A stretch of DNA of 64,000 bases from Candidatus Woesearchaeota archaeon (lineage in GTDB: Archaea > Nanobdellota > Nanobdellia > Woesearchaeales > UBA10216). A program made the translations under genes and the position numbers. Where the stretch lies: contig JACPBX010000003.1 in NCBI GenBank assembly GCA_016180085.1, positions 74,655 to 138,654 of the forward strand. Reading direction: 5' to 3'. Below, piece after piece: positions 17,924 through 26,952 of this stretch (within the stretch, counting starts at the first letter, position 1; each line of letters begins with the position of its first letter). Below the pieces are notes generated by a model. The model worked only from the letters and a program-made list of their open reading frames with translations, was not told the DNA's origin and searched no databases.

Positions 17924-18967
17924 ATGGGAAATGAAGACGTTATTTCAGCAGTGAAATCAAAGTATCCGCTTTCCAGGCTCAAGGAGATGCTTGAGGGCCT
18001 TGGAAGTGTTAAGGCGATGGTGGTGGGCGATACCATAATTGACGAGTATCACTTCACAATCCCGAAGGGCAGGGCCACGAAGGACCCTATTTTGTCCGTT
18101 GACTACATCAACCACGAGGTTTATGCCGGCGGCATTTTGGCAATTGCCAACCATGTCAGCAACTTTGTTGGCAGCGTTACGTGCGTAACGCTTCTGGGTA
18201 ATAAGGACGACAGGAAGGGCTTTGTTGAAGGCTCGCTTAACAGGAACGTTACCCTGAAATCCTTTATGAAGGAGAACTCACCTACAACTGTTAAAAAGCG
18301 CTATCTGAACTATCTTCGCAACGAAAAGCTGTTTAAGGTTGAGTACATTAACGACAGGCCCATATCTGAAAAGCTTGAGGCTGAACTGATAGCTTTCCTT
18401 AATGTTGAGCTGCCCAGGCACGACCTTGTCCTGGTCGGTGACTTTGGCCACGGCATGATAACCCCGGCAATTATTGAGGTATTGGAGAAAAAGGCGAAAT
18501 ACCTTTGTGTCAATGCGCAGAGCAACAGCTCAAACCTGGGCTTCAACTTTGTGACAAGGTATCATTTGCCCGCTTTTGTGACAATGGACGTCCAGGAGCT
18601 CCAGTACGCTGTTGGCGACAGGTTCAGCCCCATGCCTGTCCTTATTCAGAAGCTGCACGAAAAGGCAGGCTTTAACAAGTTCCTCGTGACTATGGGCAAG
18701 GATGGCGCTGGCTTCTTCAGCAGCGGCAGGCTTTCTTTTTTCCCTGCCTTTGTGACAAGGCCTCAGGACACTGTCGGGGCTGGCGACGCTGTCTTTTCCA
18801 TCGCATCCCTTTTCTCCTACAGCAGCCATGATGAGCTGATTCCCTTCATTGCCAACTGCGTGGGAGGGATTGCTGTTTCGTACATGGGCAACAAGGAGTT
18901 CATAACCAGGAACGCGCTTGTCAGCTTTGTTGAAGAAGTGTATAATGGCAATACGAAGGTGCGGTGA
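17924..18967 (+). CDS. hldE: PfkB-family sugar kinase, HldE/RfaE domain-I-like (heptose 7-phosphate 1-kinase candidate)
   Basis: 347 aa; N-terminal AMVVGDTIIDEY, C-terminal DTVGAGDAV (PfkB motifs); co-occurs with gmhA and an adenylyltransferase-GmhB fusion. Confidence 0.7.
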   Translation: MGNEDVISAVKSKYPLSRLKEMLEGLGSVKAMVVGDTIIDEYHFTIPKGRATKDPILSVDYINHEVYAGGILAIANHVSNFVGSVTCVTLLGNKDDRKGFVEGSLNRNVTLKSFMKENSPTTVKKRYLNYLRNEKLFKVEYINDRPISEKLEAELIAFLNVELPRHDLVLVGDFGHGMITPAIIEVLEKKAKYLCVNAQSNSSNLGFNFVTRYHLPAFVTMDVQELQYAVGDRFSPMPVLIQKLHEKAGFNKFLVTMGKDGAGFFSSGRLSFFPAFVTRPQDTVGAGDAVFSIASLFSYSSHDELIPFIANCVGGIAVSYMGNKEFITRNALVSFVEEVYNGNTKVR

Positions 18968-18991
18968 TTATAGCGCTTATCGCTTACTTCG

Positions 18992-20140
18992 TCATCTTTC
19001 CATTACCTTGTCAAACTCGTTCTTCAGCTCTTCATAGCTTTTGTCTGTGACGTCGATGAATGCAGCATTGGCGTTCCGTGCCATGCCGGCGTCGTCTTCG
19101 CTGTTGCCGATAACGGCTGCCTTGTCAAACTCCTTTATGTTCTTGCCCAGCTGCTGTAAGGCCTGCAGCAGCATCTCGGGGCTCGGCTTCCTTTTTGTTT
19201 TCTTTTTTACAAAATCCGGGTTGAAATTAGCTTCTTTCTGTAAGGCGGCATAGTCCGCATCAGCGTCTGGGCAGTATTGCCAGTTGTTTATTATAACACC
19301 TTTTCTTCTCAATAATTCATGAATGTGCTTGTTTACAGCTTCAACTTTTTCCGCATCAAAATAGCCCCTGGCAACTCCCTGCTGATTTGAAATAACGACC
19401 CTGACAGTGTCGTACTTTGTCTGTATGTAGATGAGCAAGTCAACAACTTCTTTCTTTAGCTTTATCTGATCTCTCCAGTTAGAGTCTTTGCCCAGAAAAT
19501 TAACCTTCTCCACCAATGTGCCGTCCCTGTCAATCACCAGCAGCACTTTTTCGCTCTTTGCATTTTCCTGTATGTGCCTGATGATGGCCGTTGTTGACAT
19601 TTTCTGGTCTGTGGTATACTTTATTTCGCCGCCAACAGCCTTTATCGCTTCTCTCTCGGAAGTGATTCCTGGTGTTGTCTTTTCAGCAAAATCGGGCCCT
19701 TTTATGTAATAGGCAGGTTTTAGCATTTTAATCAGGTCGGTTGCTTTCTCAAAGTCGCTGACAATCACGTAGTCAACATACCGGATGCTTGCAACTGAAT
19801 AAGCCCTTAATGCCTCTGAGAAGATTGGCCTGCCGCTGCCTTTCCTGGCTGCCACAAACCTGTCTGCGGTTACTGCAACAAAAAGGCAGTCGCAAAGCTT
19901 TTTTGCTGATTCCAGGTGCTTTATGTGACCTGGATGAAGAAGGTCAAAGCCGCCGTTGCAAAGCCCGGCTTTCCTTCCCTGCTTCCTCAGCTCCTCGCTT
20001 TTTTCCACAGCCTCGGCAAGGCTTATGACCTTGTCGGACCTGTAGTTTTTGGGTGAGTCTTCCTTTATCATCTGCAATGCAGCCCTATTTGCCGCCTCCG
20101 CCTCCTGCAAGCTTTTTAACCTTCCTGATAATTGCTTCAA
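18992..20140 (-). CDS. Bifunctional cytidylyl/adenylyltransferase (HldE domain-II-like) fused to D,D-heptose-1,7-bisphosphate phosphatase (GmhB-like HAD)
   Basis: N-terminal CNGGFDLLHPGHIKHLESAKKL...LFVAV (HIGH-type nucleotidyltransferase, like HldE-II/TagD); C-terminal LLVIDRDGTL...ISNQQGVARGYF...YCP...RKPSPEML...GNSEDDAGMARNA matches GmhB; start may be the internal ATG at 20071, which would remove the 56-nt overlap with the next gene. Confidence 0.7.
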   Translation of the reverse strand: MKQLSGRLKSLQEAEAANRAALQMIKEDSPKNYRSDKVISLAEAVEKSEELRKQGRKAGLCNGGFDLLHPGHIKHLESAKKLCDCLFVAVTADRFVAARKGSGRPIFSEALRAYSVASIRYVDYVIVSDFEKATDLIKMLKPAYYIKGPDFAEKTTPGITSEREAIKAVGGEIKYTTDQKMSTTAIIRHIQENAKSEKVLLVIDRDGTLVEKVNFLGKDSNWRDQIKLKKEVVDLLIYIQTKYDTVRVVISNQQGVARGYFDAEKVEAVNKHIHELLRRKGVIINNWQYCPDADADYAALQKEANFNPDFVKKKTKRKPSPEMLLQALQQLGKNIKEFDKAAVIGNSEDDAGMARNANAAFIDVTDKSYEELKNEFDKVMER

Positions 20141-20822
20141 GCCAGACTTCGGCGAATAGTTTGGGTATGAAGGCCGTTACCCCTAATATGTTTTTCGCCC
20201 TGAACATCTTTGAGCTGGGCTTCGGCGCTATGTTGACTGGTATTTCCTCATAGCTGTGGCCCCGGCGGAGCAGCCTTACAAGTATTTCCGCCTGGAAGGC
20301 GTAGCTGTTGGTTGTTATCCTTGCCTGCCTTGCGAGGCTTGTTTCATAGCACACCATCCCGAGATAATATTTCAGCCTCAGCCCGAAGAGCACGTTGAGT
20401 GTTGTTGTGAACATTGTTGATATCAGCCTTCTGTCTACTGGCCTTGTTTCCCTGTTGGCAACATATGCTACGATGATGTCTTTTTCGCCAACGTGCTGCA
20501 GGAATGCCTTCACTGATTCGGGTGGTATGCCGCCGCTGCCAGGCAGAATCATGATGTACTTTTTGGCTGCAGCTGTAAGCCCTGCGCGGTAGCTGTAGCC
20601 GACGTTCATGTTTTTCCTGTTGTGGATGACCCTTATCCTGTGGTTTTCCCTTGCAAGCCGGTCTGCCATCTCTGGCGTTTTGTCAGTGCTTCCGTCATCA
20701 AGGATTATTAGTTCGTAGTCGTTGAACACGCTGCCGACAGCTTCAATGATGTTCCTGACCGCTGCTGAAAGGTTTCTTTCCTCGTTATATGCAGAGATTA
20801 GGATGGTTATTGACCTTTCCAT
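20085..20822 (-). CDS. GT2 glycosyltransferase (Dpm1-like)
   Basis: Start taken at MERSITILISAYNEE; ILDDGSTDKT motif. Confidence 0.75.
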   Translation of the reverse strand: MERSITILISAYNEERNLSAAVRNIIEAVGSVFNDYELIILDDGSTDKTPEMADRLARENHRIRVIHNRKNMNVGYSYRAGLTAAAKKYIMILPGSGGIPPESVKAFLQHVGEKDIIVAYVANRETRPVDRRLISTMFTTTLNVLFGLRLKYYLGMVCYETSLARQARITTNSYAFQAEILVRLLRRGHSYEEIPVNIAPKPSSKMFRAKNILGVTAFIPKLFAEVWLEAIIRKVKKLAGGGGGK

Positions 20823-20862
20823 GCTGTCATGCTCCCACATAGCTATGTTATTAATTAAGCTG

Positions 20863-21993
20863 TTAGAATGGCCCCGTGAAGCTCGGGTCTGGCACGTCGG
20901 GCTTGGCAGGCAGCTTCTGCCTCTCTGACTCGGCTATGGCTTTCGCCTGCCCTTCCGGCACATTTGCCAGCTCGCACACCTCTTTTATTATGTCGATGTG
21001 CGATGGATAATAATGCTTGCTCAACGCATGGCTCGTTGGTGTCGGGATGTCCGGCAGCGTCACCCTTTTTGGCGCTGCTTTCAGCCTGCCAAACAAGGAT
21101 TTGTTTTCGCTGACCCTCGCTATGATATCGCCTGCAAGCCCGCCTGAGTAGTAGCCTGAGTCGATGACAAGGAGCTTGCCTGTTTTTTCAACGCTCTGCC
21201 TGATTGTTTCGAAGTCCAGAGGCTTTATCGTCCTTAAGTCTATGATTTCAGGGCTTACTTTCCCGGCCAGTGCATTTGCCGCTTTCATAGCCTGAACAGT
21301 CATGTAAGAGCTTGTTACGATTGTCACGTCTTTTCCTTCCCTGAGCACCTTTGCCTTTCCAATGGGCACTGTGTATGGCTTTTCAGGCACATACCCTGTT
21401 ATGTTGTGCAGCCACCTGTGCTCTATGAATATGACTGGGTTGTTGTCCTTTACGCTTGCGATGAGAAGCCCTTTTGCATCATAGGCGTTGCTTGGCATCA
21501 CGACTTTCAGCCCAGGCGCATGTGCCAGAATGGCTTGCAGGTTTTGCGAATGCTGGGCTCCCTGCCCCCAGCCCTGCCCTATTATTGCCCTTATGACCAT
21601 TGGCACGCTCAGCCTGCCTCCAAACATGTAGTGCCATTTCGCTGCATTGTTTACAATCTGGTCCATGGCAAGGAGGATGAAGTCGAGCCTTTGGTGCACC
21701 ATAATCGGCCTTAGGCCTTTCAGTGCTGCCCCTATGCACACCCCTGTGAGGCCGTTTTCCGATACCGGCATGTCAAGCACCCTGTTTTTGCCGTGCTTTT
21801 CCCGGAGCCCTGTTGTTGTGCCAAAGATGTGCTTCGGGTCAGGCACGCCTTCGCCTATTACGAACACAGAGCTGTCCATCTGCATGCACTGGTCTGTTGC
21901 TTCCAGCACTGCCTCTGCGTAGGTTATCTTTCTCTTCCTTTCATCTTTAGCAGCTTCAGCCGTTGTTTCCATTTTTTCCATTTCCATCAGCAT
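20863..21993 (-). CDS. Pyruvate/2-oxoacid dehydrogenase E1 component beta-subunit-like (transketolase Pyr + C-terminal domains)
   Basis: 376 aa; IGEGV...G, AEN(GL)TGVCIGAAL, HSQN...PGLKVV characteristic of E1-beta; no E2/E3 genes nearby. Confidence 0.8.
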   Translation of the reverse strand: MLMEMEKMETTAEAAKDERKRKITYAEAVLEATDQCMQMDSSVFVIGEGVPDPKHIFGTTTGLREKHGKNRVLDMPVSENGLTGVCIGAALKGLRPIMVHQRLDFILLAMDQIVNNAAKWHYMFGGRLSVPMVIRAIIGQGWGQGAQHSQNLQAILAHAPGLKVVMPSNAYDAKGLLIASVKDNNPVIFIEHRWLHNITGYVPEKPYTVPIGKAKVLREGKDVTIVTSSYMTVQAMKAANALAGKVSPEIIDLRTIKPLDFETIRQSVEKTGKLLVIDSGYYSGGLAGDIIARVSENKSLFGRLKAAPKRVTLPDIPTPTSHALSKHYYPSHIDIIKEVCELANVPEGQAKAIAESERQKLPAKPDVPDPSFTGPF

Positions 21994-22994
21994 TAGTCAG
22001 CGTAAAGGTTGTCTGCCAGGGTTTCCTTTGCAGGGAAAGGGCTCTCCTTTGCGAACCTGAATGCCTCGTTCACTTCTTTCTTTACAGTTTCGTCAATTGC
22101 CTCAAGCTCCTTTTCCGTTGAAACCCTTTTGCCGAGCAGGGTTTCCCTGAGTTTTTTGATTGGGTCTTTTTCCTTCCATTCTGCTATTTCCTGTGCTGTC
22201 CTGTAGCCGAGCTTTGAGTCATCGTTTGGGCCGACGTGCTCAAGCCACCTGTATGTTGCAAACTCAAGGAACGCCGGTCCGGCTCCTGACCGCGCATGCT
22301 CAACCGCTTTTTTCGCTGCTGTGTAGACTGCAATGGCGTCGTTGCCATCCGCTTTGAAAACTGCTATGCCCTGTGCTTTTGCGAGCTGCGTTATTTCGCG
22401 CTCAGGCTGCCTTTCCCTTATGTGCGTCTGGCTTGCGTAGAGGTTGTTTTCGCAGGCAAACAGCACAGGCAGCCTGTGCAGTGCTGCGAAGTTCGTTGCC
22501 TCGTGGAACGCCCCCCCCTCAACAGCCGAATCGCCAAAGAAAGCAACCGAAATTGCGTTCTTCTTTTGCATCCTCGCTGCGAGCGCAGCTCCTACAGCAA
22601 CTGGTATCGTCCCTCCAACCAATGGAGTTGAGGCAACAAAATTTGCTGCCAGGTCAATCAGGTGCATTGAGCCTCCCCTGCCTTTTGCGCAGCCGGTTTC
22701 CTTTCCGTATAGTTCTGCAATCATGGCTTTCAGGCTGCCTCCCTTTGCAAGGTAATGGCCATGAGCCCTGTGGTTGGAGAATGCGCTGTCTTCACTCGTC
22801 AGGTTTTGGCACACGCCCGCAGGCACTGCCTCCTGGCCTATGCAGAGGTGCACCGGGCATCTCATTTCCTGCTCTGGGTAAAGCTCGGCTATCCTTTCCT
22901 CTGTTCTCCTTATCAGGAGCATCGAGCTGTAAAGTCCAAGAAGTATGTTATTGTCAGGCAGATTTTCCATTTTTTCATCATCAGCGTTTTCCAT
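21993..22994 (-). CDS. Pyruvate/2-oxoacid dehydrogenase E1 component alpha-subunit-like (TPP-binding)
   Basis: 333 aa; GQEAV, HRAHGH, FFGDSAVEGGAFHEA...CENNLYA (GDG-x25-NN TPP motif); the beta-subunit gene start (21993) overlaps its first base by 1 nt. Confidence 0.8.
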   Translation of the reverse strand: MENADDEKMENLPDNNILLGLYSSMLLIRRTEERIAELYPEQEMRCPVHLCIGQEAVPAGVCQNLTSEDSAFSNHRAHGHYLAKGGSLKAMIAELYGKETGCAKGRGGSMHLIDLAANFVASTPLVGGTIPVAVGAALAARMQKKNAISVAFFGDSAVEGGAFHEATNFAALHRLPVLFACENNLYASQTHIRERQPEREITQLAKAQGIAVFKADGNDAIAVYTAAKKAVEHARSGAGPAFLEFATYRWLEHVGPNDDSKLGYRTAQEIAEWKEKDPIKKLRETLLGKRVSTEKELEAIDETVKKEVNEAFRFAKESPFPAKETLADNLYAD

Positions 22995-23102
22995 CGTTTT
23001 TCGGGGTTTCGTGGCAGCCGTTGCCTTTAAAAACTTTTTTGAGGTTTGGGGTTTTTGGAATATGGAATAAATTTAAATAATGCATGAGCCGCGCTGCAGC
23101 CA

Positions 23103-25406
23103 ATGGGGTTTGTTCCGGTTTTCGTGTTTTTGGCATGCACCTGGGGCCTTGGGTTCTCTGTCCTGAGGCTCGCCAGGGCTGGGGAGCAGGATAGCTTTCT
23201 TGAGCGCAACGTCATGAGGATAGGCATAGGCCTGTCATCCTTTGTCGTGCTTGGAGTGATATTTAACGCTCTTGGAATCCCCCTGGACTACAGGGTTTTC
23301 CTTGTTTTTTCCGGGTTGATGCCCGCCTACGAGCTTCTGGTAAGGAAGGGCTTCAGGAAAACAAAGGCAACGCCATCAGCAAACTCGCAGGAAAAAACAG
23401 GCGGAAAGGCAGGCATGAAGCTGAAGCTATCTGACATCAACGCTGTTGTTGTCCTGGTGATATTTGCCGCAACACTCATCATGTATCTGTCAGGAGCGTT
23501 CAGGTACCCATATCTTGAGGATGACGACCCGTGGGGGCACGCGTCTGCTGTAAAGTACGTGTCTGTGGAGAAGACAGCCAATGACCCGGCTACGCTTGAT
23601 TTCCATTACATGGACCCGTATCCTCCGGGCTATGACATGGTATTGGGCATTCTGAATCAGGTTTCGTCATCAACAGCATGGACACTGAAGTTCTTCAATG
23701 CGCTTTTCATCTCCCTTAGCATCATGTTCTTTTATTTCTTCACAAAGGAGTTCTTTGGCAACAGGAACAAGGCGCTCTTCGCGGCCTTTGTGCTTGCGTC
23801 AGTGCCTGCCTACCTGAGTCATTTCATATGGGCGCCTGCGCTTGCAATGGCTGTTTTTTCCCAGGCAATGTATTCGTTGGAGATGTTAAAGCATGACAGG
23901 AAGTGGTGGGCTGTTGCAGGCGTCTGCTTTGCAGCAATATTGCTCTCGCATCCAACCCATGCAGTCAAGCTGACAGGGCTTGTGCTGATATATGTTGGCG
24001 TGAAGGCTGTTGCCAACCTTACGTTCAGCACAAAATCTCTGCCTTTGCTGCTGCGTCAGCTGCAGCCGAGCCTCGGCAATTTTGCCGCAGTTGCTTTTGG
24101 TGTTTTCCTGTCCTTGTTCTGGTGGGCAGCCAAGTGGAAAGGCTTTTTCGGCGTGGCAAGGGGAAGCTTCAGGGCAGGGAGCGAGGCTGTAACAGGGGCT
24201 GTTGGAAGCTCAGGCAGCATGCTTGCAAAGCTCCTTTCGCTGCCGGCAAGAATCTTCAACGCAGAAAGCGGCACAGCAACAAGGGTCTATCTGCTGAGGG
24301 ATTTCGCGGTTGTCCAGGGCAACAACATGATAAACAATCCCGTGGGGCTGGGCTTTTTTGCCTTCGTGCTGATGGTTGCAGGGATTGTTTCTGCTGCTTC
24401 AAAAATTGTAATGCATTTGCCAAAGAGGAAAGCCGCAATAGCTGCGGCAGCTGCGGCGGTTATAGTCCTGGCTGTGATTATAGCTTCAAACACTTATGAA
24501 TACCAGACAAACCTGTACGAGACCGGGTCTAGGTTTGCACAGTTTCTGCAGTCGCCGCCAAGCTATGCAAGCGTGTTTCTCATGTCGCTGATGTTAAGCT
24601 CATTGGCGGTCGCTTTTGTTCTTTCAATTGCTGCCATAATTATTTTGAGGCGGAAATCCCACAGCCAAGGCGACCAAGGCGACCAGGAGAATCAGCAAAA
24701 CTGGCAAAGCAGCCTTGTTATAGCAGCGATACTGCTGGGTTGGCTGCTTTTTACATTTTTGGGCGTGAACAGCCGGACGTTCAACCTGCCTGTGGGGCTT
24801 TTTGCATTCAGGTTCTGGATGATTTTTGCCATACCTGCTGCAATGCTGGCTGCCGAGGGGCTTTTTTCCATGCTGGGGCTGGTTAAGGCGCTGAAGCTTG
24901 ATGCCGCAACAGCAACAACAGTGAAACTGGCAATAATAGCTGTTGTTGTCGCGGGAGTGCTTTTCACTTCTGCGAAGCAGAAGTATGACACAAACACTAG
25001 CTGCTGGCCATCCGGTGCGTTCTGGAGCGGGGAGTTTGTGCTTGAGCCAGGCTCTAACTGCCCGGTCCAGGCAGAGCTGCTGTCCTACCAGTGGCTGAAG
25101 ACCCTGCCTGCAGGGACAAAGGTGTTTACTTTTTCCAACCCTGACCAGGTGATAGGGTTTGACAAGTACTCGTGCGGGTGGTGTGCGCCGGAATATGGCA
25201 TGCGGCAGAGGTTCTACAATGTCACAGCATCAGAACTAAACAGCTTCATGGCCGAGAACAGTTACGAATACCTTATTCTGGGAGGAATTGAAGCCAGGAA
25301 CTACGGTCTGAACAGGACAGTCCAGCTCATAAACGAGTTTGCTGAGTCAAGGCTCTTTACTGTTGCCTACAACGGCCAGTCAGCGGTGGTGTTCAGGACA
25401 GCATGA
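23103..25406 (+). CDS. Large polytopic membrane protein, GT-C-fold glycosyltransferase candidate
   Basis: 767 aa, more than 12 predicted TM segments; periplasmic-loop acidic motif YLEDDDPWGH; large C-terminal soluble domain; 4-nt overlap with the next GT-C gene. Confidence 0.55.
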   Translation: MGFVPVFVFLACTWGLGFSVLRLARAGEQDSFLERNVMRIGIGLSSFVVLGVIFNALGIPLDYRVFLVFSGLMPAYELLVRKGFRKTKATPSANSQEKTGGKAGMKLKLSDINAVVVLVIFAATLIMYLSGAFRYPYLEDDDPWGHASAVKYVSVEKTANDPATLDFHYMDPYPPGYDMVLGILNQVSSSTAWTLKFFNALFISLSIMFFYFFTKEFFGNRNKALFAAFVLASVPAYLSHFIWAPALAMAVFSQAMYSLEMLKHDRKWWAVAGVCFAAILLSHPTHAVKLTGLVLIYVGVKAVANLTFSTKSLPLLLRQLQPSLGNFAAVAFGVFLSLFWWAAKWKGFFGVARGSFRAGSEAVTGAVGSSGSMLAKLLSLPARIFNAESGTATRVYLLRDFAVVQGNNMINNPVGLGFFAFVLMVAGIVSAASKIVMHLPKRKAAIAAAAAAVIVLAVIIASNTYEYQTNLYETGSRFAQFLQSPPSYASVFLMSLMLSSLAVAFVLSIAAIIILRRKSHSQGDQGDQENQQNWQSSLVIAAILLGWLLFTFLGVNSRTFNLPVGLFAFRFWMIFAIPAAMLAAEGLFSMLGLVKALKLDAATATTVKLAIIAVVVAGVLFTSAKQKYDTNTSCWPSGAFWSGEFVLEPGSNCPVQAELLSYQWLKTLPAGTKVFTFSNPDQVIGFDKYSCGWCAPEYGMRQRFYNVTASELNSFMAENSYEYLILGGIEARNYGLNRTVQLINEFAESRLFTVAYNGQSAVVFRTA

Positions 25407-26950
25407 ATAAGCTGTATAAGTTATCAAGATTGTTTGGAAACGACAGCTATGCAAAGCTGGCCCTGGCAGTTATAATAATAGGGGCTATAGTGAGGTTCTC
25501 TCTTGCAGCGCTTAGCCATCCTGCCGGTGACAGCTGCTGGCACCTTTCGGTTGCGAGGTTTATCGCCGAAAACGGCAGGATACCGCTTCTTGAGCCGTTC
25601 GGCATAACAGACAGGCAGGTGTTTACAGCCCCTCCCCTGTTTCACCTGATTGCTGCAGCTGTTTACAAGGTTTTCAGCCTGGTAAGCATACCTGCTGCCG
25701 AGCTAGCATACAAGCTCGTCTCTCCGCTATTCGGCGCATTAACGCTGCCTGTGGTTTTCCTGCTTGGCAGGAAGCTGTACAATCCAAAAATTGCGTTCTG
25801 GGCCACGTTCTTCCTGGCGTTCCTGCCGCTGCACATGAACTCCAGCGTTGTGTCGTTTGTTGATTCGCTCACCACTTTGCTTGCTGCTCTGGCTGTTTAT
25901 TTCCTTGTTTCAAGAAGGGTGCTGGCCGCAGCCGTTTTCCTGGGCCTCGGCCTGGCTGCAAAGCAGACCATGATAGCCCTGGTGCCTGTGTTTTTCCTGG
26001 CCCTGGCAGTTTTTTACAGGAAAAACCTGAAAGCCCTCATAGCAAAGTCATTGGCCTCAGCGCTCATAGCCGCAGTGATAGGGCTGCCGTGGCTTATCAG
26101 GAATTACGTGCTGCTCAAAAATCCTGTCTGGCCTTTCCTTTACAAGCTGATAGGAGGCACAGTAGCTCCGGAAGTGGCGGAAGGGTTTTCAGCAGCCTAC
26201 CTGTTCTCAGCTGGCCATGCCCTGAGGTTTTTCCTTGAGCTTATGGGAGCTCCTCTTGGAAGCCTCGGTGCTGTGGCATTTTTGAAGCTGCCGTTTGCTG
26301 GCGCAGTCAGTGTAATGCTTGCAGTATGGCTTGCGCTGGTGATTATTTTTTCCGTGCCTGTTATTGCCGGAGTCCTTGCCAGGGGTGTAAAGCACCGCTG
26401 GCTGCTTTATGCATGGATGGCGGCATTCCTGCTGGTAACCATGGTTTACATAATCAACGTAGGCATGGGGTCTGCAAGGTTTTTCCTTGCATCAGCGCCG
26501 GCACTCGCGATTATATGGGCAGTCGGGATTGACAGGATACTCGGCAAGGCAGGCAGCATTCAAGGCATTGAAGGGATGCGCAGGCTTAGTGTAACAGCAC
26601 TTGTAATTATGGTGGTTGTAGGCAGTGTTGTTGCATTTGCTGCTGTTGAGGCTGCAAAAACAATTACCGGTGCCAATGAGTGGGCAAAGTACGAAGAGGA
26701 CTTCAGCTGGATAAGGCAGAACACGCCCCAAAAAGCGCTCATAGGATACAGGGGGCAGTGCATGAGCTACAACGTGCACCGCTTCTCGAACTTCAAGCTC
26801 GACAAGGTTGACTACCTATGGGTAAACCAGGGCTTCAGGCTTGAGCCTATAAGCATTTTGGAGCCGCAACTGCTTGGGCAGGTTCAGGGTAATTTCACCA
26901 AGGTCTACGATAACAGCGCAACAGGGACCGTGATTTACAAGAGAAAATAG
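25403..26950 (+). CDS. GT-C-fold membrane glycosyltransferase (GT39/GT83 ArnT/PMT-like)
   Basis: 515 aa; first-loop motif HPAGDSCWHLSVARFIAENGRIP matches the D-x-x-x-H...AR...G...P signature of ArnT/PMT_2-family enzymes; multiple TMs. Confidence 0.65.
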   Translation: MNKLYKLSRLFGNDSYAKLALAVIIIGAIVRFSLAALSHPAGDSCWHLSVARFIAENGRIPLLEPFGITDRQVFTAPPLFHLIAAAVYKVFSLVSIPAAELAYKLVSPLFGALTLPVVFLLGRKLYNPKIAFWATFFLAFLPLHMNSSVVSFVDSLTTLLAALAVYFLVSRRVLAAAVFLGLGLAAKQTMIALVPVFFLALAVFYRKNLKALIAKSLASALIAAVIGLPWLIRNYVLLKNPVWPFLYKLIGGTVAPEVAEGFSAAYLFSAGHALRFFLELMGAPLGSLGAVAFLKLPFAGAVSVMLAVWLALVIIFSVPVIAGVLARGVKHRWLLYAWMAAFLLVTMVYIINVGMGSARFFLASAPALAIIWAVGIDRILGKAGSIQGIEGMRRLSVTALVIMVVVGSVVAFAAVEAAKTITGANEWAKYEEDFSWIRQNTPQKALIGYRGQCMSYNVHRFSNFKLDKVDYLWVNQGFRLEPISILEPQLLGQVQGNFTKVYDNSATGTVIYKRK

Positions 26951-26952
26951 GC

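Noticed and set aside
20863-22994. Interpretation of the E1 alpha/beta pair as ordinary pyruvate/acetoin dehydrogenase
   Set aside because: Not fully rejected, but considered less likely because no E2 (lipoyl acyltransferase) or E3 genes are adjacent and the pair is flanked on both sides by glycosyltransferase genes; recorded as a finding with an explicit refutation test
24643-24665. Short tandem repeat caaggcgac x2 (encoding QGDQGD) inside the 23103-25406 gene
   Set aside because: Only two 9-nt copies, in-frame within a loop region of a membrane protein; too short to be a meaningful repeat element
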